NCBI GenBank assembly: GCA_016926735.1
Contig: JAFGOA010000110.1
Coordinates: forward strand, 2,682-66,681
Direction of reading: 5' to 3'
Origin: Promethearchaeota archaeon
GTDB lineage: Archaea; Asgardarchaeota; Lokiarchaeia; Sigyniarchaeales; SOKP01
DNA: 64,000 nucleotides
Made by a program: the position numbers and the translations under genes. This document shows positions 51,782 to 60,387 of the stretch, piece after piece. The notes beneath the pieces were generated by a model, which ran no database searches, had not been told where the DNA came from, and saw only the letters and a list, made by a program, of their open reading frames with translations. How positions within the stretch are numbered: the stretch's first letter is position 1; every line of letters starts with the position of its first letter.

Positions 51782-52855
51782 TTGATGGAAATAAAGATTC
51801 AAAGTAGCGCGATAAAAAACTCAGTGATGTTTACTAAGAGTGAAATTTGTCCTTATCTAAGACTATGTAAATATTGTAATTCCATTCAAAAAAAAAGGTG
51901 CTGTCTCCATCATAGTGTTTCAAATAATGATATGATTATGTGTTATAACCTTGAATGTGTAAATTCTCATGACTGTATTGATGCAATAGAAAATATATTA
52001 AAACCAATCCAAATTCCATCCATTAAAGATATCATATCAAACAATTTTACAGTAAAAAAACCACTTTTAGATTTAAAAACAAATTTTATCCCAAGAATCG
52101 ATTTATTCTCCTCAAAAAAAAGAAATGAACAAATAAAAATTATCGAGAGAAATAACATACCAATTTTAGCAATAAGCTTACAAAATTTATTGTCCTCCAA
52201 AAAAGATCAGATTTTAAAAAATAATTTTAATAAAGATATTCATGATATAATAGATTTCAATGGAAAAATATTATTAGTTACAAATATCTCTGATCATTTC
52301 TGCGAAAAATTACTTTCAAATATCGATCAATATATTTCTGCATTAAAAATACTTAAACCTGATATAATAACCACTTTTGATGCTAATTTTTATTTAACAC
52401 AACCTATATTTATAACAAAATATCAACTTAATCAAATATTAATAGCAAATAATAGAATTAAAGATCTTAATATTTATCAAATTGGACTAGTTCCTCCAGT
52501 TCAAGTGAAATATTTTGAAATAATACTTGACCGGATGCTAAATAATAACTATAAAGTGATTGGAATCCCATTTTTAGAGATAAATCGGGATAAAAAAAGA
52601 AAATTAAAACAGAATTACATTGATATTCTGAATAAATTCAAACAAAAATATGATTTCAAATTTATTTTGATCTCTACAAATCCTGATAAGAAAATTATGT
52701 CAGATTGTTATATTAGCCAATCTTGGGTGAAAATTAAAAATTCTAGAAATCTTAATCTTCAAGAAAAAATAAAGTTATGGGATGTTAGAATTAAAAAAAA
52801 TTTGAAGGATTCAAATGAATCAAATAAAATTAAATCAATTTACCAATGGATGTGA
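51782..52855 (+). CDS. Cys-rich N-terminus + DUF4417-like (putative TIM-barrel) domain
   Basis: CPYLRLCKYC..CC..C...C....C; LKPDIITTFDANFYLTQP resembles the D..xxPDFSxYxDxP motif as I recall it for DUF4417. Confidence 0.45.
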   Translation: MMEIKIQSSAIKNSVMFTKSEICPYLRLCKYCNSIQKKRCCLHHSVSNNDMIMCYNLECVNSHDCIDAIENILKPIQIPSIKDIISNNFTVKKPLLDLKTNFIPRIDLFSSKKRNEQIKIIERNNIPILAISLQNLLSSKKDQILKNNFNKDIHDIIDFNGKILLVTNISDHFCEKLLSNIDQYISALKILKPDIITTFDANFYLTQPIFITKYQLNQILIANNRIKDLNIYQIGLVPPVQVKYFEIILDRMLNNNYKVIGIPFLEINRDKKRKLKQNYIDILNKFKQKYDFKFILISTNPDKKIMSDCYISQSWVKIKNSRNLNLQEKIKLWDVRIKKNLKDSNESNKIKSIYQWM

Positions 52856-53385
52856 TTAATATGGGTACTGGAATAAAAATACCTAAAGCTAAGCAACCCC
52901 CCACAAGAAGAATATCTGAAGATAACAAAAAAGTATTAATTATTCATGATAATAGAATTAAAGAATATACTGAAAAAGCACATAAAATAGGAGAAATGAT
53001 AGATAAAATAGATGGTTATGAAGCTGTGATAGATAAAGATCACTGGAATCCTGGTGAAAAAACTTCTGATACAGAAACGAATAATCGAGAAAAAGAAATG
53101 GTTAAAAAGTCTGATATTGCATATAGATTTATCCCTCCTACTTCAATAACAAAAGAAGAACGTCATGATGGATCTATTCGGGAAGTCAGAAAGGTCATAA
53201 AAGCAAGTAAACCACTAGTTGAACACTATTATCAAGACGCTAAAGATAGTCCAAACCGATCATTATCTGAAAAGAATTACAAAAAAAGGGAAACAATTCG
53301 AACAAAGAAAGGAGAACATATTCAAAGTAAAATAAAAGAGACTTTAGATAAAGTAAGTAAAGAAAATAATAAAAATGCAGATTAA
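52846..53385 (+). CDS. TIR/nucleoside 2-deoxyribosyltransferase-like protein
   Basis: KVLIIH...MVKKSDIAYRF...GSIREVRKVIKASKPLV, with Glu at the catalytic position; overlaps the upstream gene. Confidence 0.55.
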   Translation: MDVINMGTGIKIPKAKQPPTRRISEDNKKVLIIHDNRIKEYTEKAHKIGEMIDKIDGYEAVIDKDHWNPGEKTSDTETNNREKEMVKKSDIAYRFIPPTSITKEERHDGSIREVRKVIKASKPLVEHYYQDAKDSPNRSLSEKNYKKRETIRTKKGEHIQSKIKETLDKVSKENNKNAD

Positions 53386-53483
53386 ATTTTTTAGAGTTAA
53401 ATCAGAATCTAATATAGAGAGAGACATTTATATTAATAGAATGGAGATATATATCATCTTATAAAAAAGGGTTTGAAATAAAT

Positions 53484-54143
53484 ATGGTATATAAGAAAAG
53501 AATTTTTGTTTTAATGCCGCATAATGATGATTTTAATAGGATCTATGAAGAAAACATAAAAAAACCATTATCTTCATCAACAGTAGATATTAAAAGGGAT
53601 TATGATATAAATGAATCATCAAATATTCTTAATGATATAATTGATTCAATTAGGAGATCAGATATTATCATCGCTGATTTATCTACTCATAATGCAAATG
53701 TATTCTATGAACTTGGAAGAACCCATCAAATGAATAAATATACAATTCAAATTATACAAAATGGTGAAAATATACCTTTTGATCTTGCTCAAATAAGGAC
53801 TATTAGATATACTATTGAATTCAATGGACTAAAAAAATTAACAGAAAGATTAAATGATTATATCAATAATTATGATTATATTGATTATTTAAATGAACTT
53901 ATTGATGTATTTAGAGATAGTAGAGATTTTTGGCAAGCAATAGATAATGCAAATGTATTATTAAATCATGATCCTCTCCCTAAAGAACAATTAATTAAGA
54001 TAGTAGAAGCAATAATGAGTAATGCTCAACTAAGTAAATCATGGAGAGTAAAAGATATACTTAGCCCTATATTAAAAAAAGAAAAAGCTATTCTTCCAAA
54101 TCATTTAAAGGATTATTTAAAAAATATTGAATGGATTATATAG
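53484..54143 (+). CDS. Nucleoside 2-deoxyribosyltransferase/TIR-like domain + helical C-terminal domain
   Basis: IFVLMP...IRRSDIIIADLSTHNANVFYELG...IPFDLAQIRTIRY. Confidence 0.85.
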   Translation: MVYKKRIFVLMPHNDDFNRIYEENIKKPLSSSTVDIKRDYDINESSNILNDIIDSIRRSDIIIADLSTHNANVFYELGRTHQMNKYTIQIIQNGENIPFDLAQIRTIRYTIEFNGLKKLTERLNDYINNYDYIDYLNELIDVFRDSRDFWQAIDNANVLLNHDPLPKEQLIKIVEAIMSNAQLSKSWRVKDILSPILKKEKAILPNHLKDYLKNIEWII

Positions 54144-54152
54144 GTTTCTTAA

Positions 54153-54599
54153 TTATGGATTAATCAATAGATATACTAAAATGGATAATAGTGCAATAAT
54201 TAATGGAAGATAAAATAATAATTCTGATTTTGAAATTACAATTCTCAGTGTATGTTTTTCATCTTTTTCATATTTTTTATATTCCATATCAAATAATTTC
54301 ATAATTTTCCGTTTAGATTTATCATTAAATTCTTCAACTTTAGAATCATATAATCTCCTATATAGTTTCTCAAGTCTTAAATAATAAGAATCTAATATCC
54401 AAAAAGTAGAAAGCACGATTAATAAAACAAAGATTATCAGTATATTAATAATTGATAAGGTTAATACTATAATTGAAGCTAAAAGAGTGATTGACCAAGC
54501 TTTTATTAAAAAAGAATTATGAGCCATTCTCGTTATAACATTTTGAATAATTTCAAAATATTTACCAATTACATCATTATTAATATTATTTTCAGTCAT
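54153..54599 (-). CDS. TIR-associated 3-TM membrane protein (candidate effector)
   Basis: IIQNVITRMAHNSFLIKAW...FWILDSYYLRLEKLYRRLYD; three TM helices; divergent from the ThsB-like TIR. Confidence 0.7.
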   Translation of the reverse strand: MTENNINNDVIGKYFEIIQNVITRMAHNSFLIKAWSITLLASIIVLTLSIINILIIFVLLIVLSTFWILDSYYLRLEKLYRRLYDSKVEEFNDKSKRKIMKLFDMEYKKYEKDEKHTLRIVISKSELLFYLPLIIALLSILVYLLINP

Positions 54600-54685
54600 G
54601 CTTAAAGTATAAATATATAAGGAAAGTTATTAAGTTTTATTTAATAAATTCAAACTGAAAAGACATAAAATTTAGAGGAATAGAA

Positions 54686-55072
54686 ATGATAATTTTCTTA
54701 AGTTATAAATACGAAGATAAGAGTTATGCTGATGGAATGGATGGTTTTTTAAATAATCCAAATAACAAATACAGAAATTTAACTGAACGAGAAGAAAAAG
54801 ATTTACGTCCAAGAGGAGAAAATGTTTGGAAAAATTATTTAAAAGATAAAATAAGAAGATGTAATGCTTTAATATGTTTAATTGGAAATAATACACACAA
54901 TGCTCAAGGAGTAATATATGAACTTGAAGTAGCAAATTCTTTAAAGAAGAGAATAATACCAGTAAGAATACCTGACACTACAGGAGCAGCACCTCAAATT
55001 ATCAAAAAAAGAAAAATTATCTCATATAATGCTAGAGAAATAAATAATGAACTTAGTAAAAAAAAGTCTTAA
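54686..55072 (+). CDS. ThsB-like TIR domain protein (MTH538/DUF1863)
   Basis: IFLSY..ED, LICLIGNNTH, VIYELEVA..LKKRIIPV. Confidence 0.88.
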   Translation: MIIFLSYKYEDKSYADGMDGFLNNPNNKYRNLTEREEKDLRPRGENVWKNYLKDKIRRCNALICLIGNNTHNAQGVIYELEVANSLKKRIIPVRIPDTTGAAPQIIKKRKIISYNAREINNELSKKKS

Positions 55073-55189
55073 TATATAGTCTAAAATTAAGAAGTATTCA
55101 ATAAGATTTTTAAAAAAACTTATAATTGTTTCATACAATATATTCTTCAATTAAACGGTATTATATATCTTCCAAAAGATAAATTAAAA

Positions 55190-56152
55190 ATGATATTGAA
55201 CCCCCAGAGTTTATGGAGATATGTTCTTCTAAAAGAAGTTGATAGAATATTTGATAGATCTTTAACTCCCACATTGATTTATTTTGTTGAAAAAGTATTT
55301 CCGGAAAGTTATACTAAGGAAAATATTTTAAATGATTTGAAAGATTGTAAGATTAAATGGAAAGAAACAATAGATAACGTAGAATTTTATTTTAACCTTG
55401 TGGTTTATAGAATTGATATTTCAAAGAGACATAAAAATACTTGGAAAATTAATGTTCTTCATTTAGTTAAGAAAGAAAAATCAGGGATAAATTTCTTAAT
55501 TTCACCAACTTCACCTTGTATTTATGCTAATGAAGCTGTTGCTCATGCATTTGGAAAAACATATTTTAAAGATAGTAAAGATCTTTATCCTTTTGCAGGA
55601 ATAATCACTGATTTATTTATAAATATTGAATTAAGGAAACTTTTGAAAAAAGAAGAAAAAATAATACAGCATACGTTTAGAGAATCAGAGGGAATTATTG
55701 AGGATAAGAAAGTTAAAGAAATTGATCTACCAATAAAATCTTATCAAGGAAATGATCCATATATTTTCATTAGCTACTCTCATAAAGATAAAAAGCTAAT
55801 TTATTCACAAATTAAATGGCTTAATGATAAAGGGTTTAATATTTGGTTTGATGAGGGAATTATGCCAATGAGATCATGGGAAAAAGTTATACCTGAAAAA
55901 ATTTTTGATTCATCAATATTCATAGTCTTCATCTCAAAAAATTCAGTTACAAGTGATAATGTAAAGAGAGAAATAAGCTATGCAATTAGACATAAAACAG
56001 GACATATTCTCCCAATATACATCGAAGATACTGAGCTTAGTAAAGATTTAGATTTTAATTTAAAGCCAATTCAAGGAATAATGAAGTATCAATTTTCAGA
56101 TGAAAATTATAAATTGAAAGTGATCGATACTTTAAAAAAGAAAATTTATTGA
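55190..56152 (+). CDS. Unknown N-terminal domain + C-terminal TIR domain
   Basis: YQGNDPYIFISYSHKD, IWFDEGI, FISKNSVTSDNVKREISYA. Confidence 0.9.
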   Translation: MILNPQSLWRYVLLKEVDRIFDRSLTPTLIYFVEKVFPESYTKENILNDLKDCKIKWKETIDNVEFYFNLVVYRIDISKRHKNTWKINVLHLVKKEKSGINFLISPTSPCIYANEAVAHAFGKTYFKDSKDLYPFAGIITDLFINIELRKLLKKEEKIIQHTFRESEGIIEDKKVKEIDLPIKSYQGNDPYIFISYSHKDKKLIYSQIKWLNDKGFNIWFDEGIMPMRSWEKVIPEKIFDSSIFIVFISKNSVTSDNVKREISYAIRHKTGHILPIYIEDTELSKDLDFNLKPIQGIMKYQFSDENYKLKVIDTLKKKIY

Positions 56153-56235
56153 AATCTTTTTTTTATTTTTATATATTCTATTTTGCACTTTTTTTTTGCA
56201 TAAAATCCAGATAATAATTCTTTATTTTGTTTAAA

Positions 56236-56772
56236 TTCTATTTCTTCAATGGAAATAGAGAAGGGTACATAAATTCTGCTTGTGAAAAATATGTTGAAAT
56301 AAAATCAGATCCTTCAGAAATGATTGAAGATAATCCTAAAATGAAAGCATATGAAGTAACGGAAGAAGTTATAAAAGCGATTAATTCTGAACACTATAAG
56401 TTTATTCGAGTTAATCTTGCGAACGGAGATATGGTAGGACATACAGGAAATATTAAATCTGCAATAATCGCTGCGGAGACTGTAAACGAATGTGTAAATA
56501 AAATCGTGGATTCAGTAATTAATAATAATGGAATTGCTATCGTTACTGCGGATCATGGTAATCTTGAGGATATGAGTTTAGAATGGCAAACTTCACATAC
56601 ATGTAATCCTGTTATGTTTAATATTATAGATCCTCAATATAAGGAAGAATATAATATAAATTATGAATTAAACAATCCTGGATTAGGAAATATTGCCGCT
56701 ACAATCTTAAATTTACTTGGATTTGAAAAGCCAGAAGGCTATAAAAAATCTTTGATTAAATTTGTAATTTAA
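56236..56772 (+). pseudogene. gpmI: Stranded 3' third of a second gpmI allele
   Basis: Begins abruptly at YFFNGNR; NGDMVGHTG, TADHGNLEDM and WQTSHTCNPV are colinear with the C-terminus of 45434..47134; no SD and no N-terminal domains. Confidence 0.9.
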
Positions 56773-56908
56773 ATTCATAAATAAATAAAATTATTTTTAA
56801 TCTTTTAGCTTAATCTCCTATTTTTTTATTACAATATATTGAATCATTTTAATTATAAGAAAAATATTAATTAACTAATTTTTAAACATAAAATTAAATT
56901 GATGAAAT

Positions 56909-57331
56909 ATGAGATTTTTATCATTTCATGTTGAATATTTTAAGTATAAAGTAACAAAGAAGGGCCGTTCTAAAGTTATTGAAGAGATCACAGATGAAAA
57001 TAAAGAAAACCAAAGTCAAGATGCTTTAGTACTTTTTATTAGTATGGAAAAGCAGGATGAAATGAATTCAGAAGTAATAAAAAAAGGGATTATAGAGATA
57101 GAAAAAATAATAGATCAATTAAAAATAAATAATATCGTCATTATACCATTTGCTCATCTTTTTGGAAAACTTAGCAGTTTAGAATTTGCATTTAAATCAT
57201 TTAAAGAAATTGAAGCAATATTAAAGTTAAAAGACTATTCGGTACTTCGCCTTCCTTTTGGTTGGTTTAATGAATTAGAAATGAAAAGTAAAGGACATCC
57301 TCTTTCTAGGATATCGAGGATAATAGAATAA
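56909..57331 (+). CDS. Stand-alone archaeal threonyl-tRNA synthetase editing domain
   Basis: MRFLSFH, IPFAHL, PFGWF, KGHPLS. Confidence 0.9.
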   Translation: MRFLSFHVEYFKYKVTKKGRSKVIEEITDENKENQSQDALVLFISMEKQDEMNSEVIKKGIIEIEKIIDQLKINNIVIIPFAHLFGKLSSLEFAFKSFKEIEAILKLKDYSVLRLPFGWFNELEMKSKGHPLSRISRIIE

Positions 57332-58005
57332 AAAAAAAATATAATTTCAGAATGTGTTGATGAATATCTAAAAGAAATAGTAGAGCTAATTAAGAAGAAT
57401 GTTATAATTTCTTTTCTTAACATGTAGAAATTCTTTTTATTCAACACGATATCAATGATTTTGTATAATAGACTTAATATCATCTATTTTAATAATACTT
57501 ATATATTGGTTATATTATATATATGCCGAAGCGTTTATATATACAAATGACTATAATATAATTAAAGCAAAAAAATATAGTTCTTATGAGGTGATAAAAT
57601 AGAAAAAAAGAAGAAAAATGAGGATTTAAAAACTGAATTCATTAATATATTCTACCATATTAAAAAATAGAATAAAAAAACAAAAAAAAGAGGTGAAAAA
57701 TAAAAAAAAAGAGGATTATGAAATAAAAATAAAATCAAAAAAAATTTAATTTTTTTATATTAACAAAATTCTTTATTGATGATTAAAAAATCTTAAAATC
57801 ACAAAAAGAATGATTAATCATTGAGAAATATAATATTTTCTTCTGAGAAGATAACACAAATTAGAATTATTGATATTTTAAAACACTACTCCTATGTTCT
57901 TTTTTATATTAATAGATAAATTTACTGATAATTAACATATTGAACAAATATATCTTTTAATTCCTTTTTTTAAAGTACAGTATTGAAAAGAGAAAAAAAG
58001 TGGTT

Positions 58006-58986
58006 TTAACACGTTTGGTTTCCAATAATTTGTTTCTTTACTCTAATTATTAAAAAGCATACTATGAGTGCTAAAGGAAACACTAAAGAATATAGTGGAA
58101 TTCCAATTCCAGATGAATTAGATTCTGGACTTACTAACCACTGAACCACTTGTTTTAACAATTCCCAATCAGATTCTACATCAGACATATCTACCCATGG
58201 TGCAAGACCATCTCTATCAGAATCTTCTTCAAATTCAGGATGTGGTCCTGAAATAAACACTTTTCCATTTCCATATTCAAAACATAACATTGCTGGTTTA
58301 TTTATTTCATTAAAAATTCCTAAGATAGTAACATCCGCATTTATATTTGGTTCAAGATAAGGGCCTCCTTCATAATAAATTGTCATTGATTCTGGTAATG
58401 AATGAGTAATCATGTGTTCTTGATTTTCAATGTCGATTTGAGTCATTGCCGAACCAGGAAATTCTGAAATTTCATAAATAGGACCAGTTCCTACTCCATC
58501 AAATAGATCTAAGAATTCATCTTTGTCCTCCGGTAATGGATCTGCGCCCTCAAAGGGATACCAGACAGTAGAGAAACACGCATAAAAAGCTCCTGCACAA
58601 AATCCCATATATCCTCCACCATTATTTATAAAGTCTCTGATAATATCTCTTCCTTCTATTCCTAAATCTGACCAATATATATTATTACCTCCAGGAAAAA
58701 TAATAATATCCATATTATTTAGGACACCTGCTTTAACATCATCACTTTCCACTAATGTCAAATTACAGCCAATCCACGGAATTAAATAAGAAAAAGCAGT
58801 GATATCAATTTCCCAAGGAATACTACTTTTATAAAGAGCAACATTAAATTCACTGAAATCAATTTCTTGGTTATTATCAGCAGTTAAACCTATCCCAACA
58901 ACAAATTGTATATTTATTATCATAGAAATTAATAAAAATATACCAAATACCCGATTTTTAATATTAAAACTCATTACTCTAAACAT
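58006..58986 (-). CDS. Secreted, membrane-anchored BPL-N (class I glutamine amidotransferase-like) protein
   Basis: FPGG, GGGYMGFCAGAFYA, YYEGGP, GPHPE; signal peptide and C-terminal TM. Confidence 0.85.
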   Translation of the reverse strand: MFRVMSFNIKNRVFGIFLLISMIINIQFVVGIGLTADNNQEIDFSEFNVALYKSSIPWEIDITAFSYLIPWIGCNLTLVESDDVKAGVLNNMDIIIFPGGNNIYWSDLGIEGRDIIRDFINNGGGYMGFCAGAFYACFSTVWYPFEGADPLPEDKDEFLDLFDGVGTGPIYEISEFPGSAMTQIDIENQEHMITHSLPESMTIYYEGGPYLEPNINADVTILGIFNEINKPAMLCFEYGNGKVFISGPHPEFEEDSDRDGLAPWVDMSDVESDWELLKQVVQWLVSPESNSSGIGIPLYSLVFPLALIVCFLIIRVKKQIIGNQTC

Positions 58987-59285
58987 CTTTAAAATTTTCT
59001 TTCTAATTTACATCTTGGAATTAAATTTGTATTATATAGATTGAATATAAAATTACATTATTACATAATTAGTATTATAATACTATTATTTTAATTACTG
59101 TTTCTTAACAATGAATAATATTTCATTCAATTTCGTATATTTAGAATTTTGAGACCTTTCTTCCATAGTCTTTTTTATATGACCTTTTTACTGCTTTTAA
59201 AAATGTATTTAGACAAATTAAAACTTAGTTTAAATTTAGAATTTAAAAGATAAAATCAAAAATATCAGATGATAATGATTTTAAT

Positions 59286-60137
59286 TTAGAGATCTCGAAT
59301 TTCTTTTAGTAGATCTCCAGCGTTTTTAAAATTTTTTTCAATAATATTCCGAATCTCTATTTTTTTCTCATCATCTAATTTTTCATTTTCCTTAATTAGA
59401 TGGTAAGAACTTTCAATTATTTGTAGAATATTCCCTAGATCATGAGAATACATGTCTTTTAAGTCTCTCTTTTGCCCAAATGAAATATTATATTCTACAT
59501 GAATCATAAAAGCTATAAGCAAAATGGTGGTTAAAATAATAGGAATATAAGATAAAATAATGATATCAATTTTTTCACTACTATATAATCCATATGATTC
59601 GTCGATTATTGAAAGAATTATCGATAAGGGGATATAATAGATTATTGAAATGCAGGATAAAAAATACCATCGAATACTTTTACCAATCTTTTTCTTGAAA
59701 TCTTTAAATTTAAAAATTGGTAAAAGGAAAAAATTAAGATATGATGAAAAAGTCAAAATCCGATTAATATAATATACAAAATTTAATCCTAATGTGAAAA
59801 AAATAATTAAAGGAAATAATAACAATGATAGTAATGTTCCTAAAACCATATAATGTTTTATTTCAAGGTAATAAGAAGCTAATCCAGTAAGTATAAATAA
59901 CATTGCTATTGGCCCAGAAATATAATTGATAAGTAGAAAAAAATCTACTAAATCTGGAGATAATTCAATTCCAATAAAGATATAAAAGACTAAAGATATT
60001 ACCCATGAATTCCATCCAAAAAAAAAATATACATATGTTTTAGATTTAGACTCATAATAAAATTCAATTGAAACTATAACTCCAATTAACCGTATAATAA
60101 TTAATATAATAATACTGAAAAAAACTAGCTCATGCAT
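59286..60137 (-). CDS. 7-TM protein with HisKA-like H-box but no ATPase domain
   Basis: About seven TM helices, then YSHDLGNILQ and a stop ~50 aa later. Confidence 0.7.
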   Translation of the reverse strand: MHELVFFSIIILIIIRLIGVIVSIEFYYESKSKTYVYFFFGWNSWVISLVFYIFIGIELSPDLVDFFLLINYISGPIAMLFILTGLASYYLEIKHYMVLGTLLSLLLFPLIIFFTLGLNFVYYINRILTFSSYLNFFLLPIFKFKDFKKKIGKSIRWYFLSCISIIYYIPLSIILSIIDESYGLYSSEKIDIIILSYIPIILTTILLIAFMIHVEYNISFGQKRDLKDMYSHDLGNILQIIESSYHLIKENEKLDDEKKIEIRNIIEKNFKNAGDLLKEIRDL

Positions 60138-60387
60138 TCAGTCTATCTAGATTCTCTAATTTTTAAAACGATAATATGAATGTAATAAAAATATGCTTGA
60201 ATTTATTATTAAATATATCTATAAAAATCTATAAAAACATTAGATTTCATGATAATATAAAAAACAAAAACAATAAAATTAGCTTATAATAATATATTAT
60301 TTTGTAAGATAACGATAATTTTATTGATTTTAAAAATAAAGATATAGATTATGGAAAATTCATTTAACAAAAAAAAAGCTTATTAAG

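Larger units (their letters stand above)
47135..56236. mobile_element. Putative defence island inserted at gpmI
   Basis: Bounded by full gpmI and a stranded second gpmI 3' end; TIR, CARF, nuclease and AbrB cargo; no integrase recognised. Confidence 0.7.

Noticed and set aside
47146-56152. Provirus or conjugative element
   Set aside because: No integrase, capsid, terminase, replication or transfer genes recognised.
57480-57960. AT-rich spacer with two GAGGTGA SD-like sites
   Set aside because: No intact start codon or ORF follows; at most decayed small genes, so no call can be supported.
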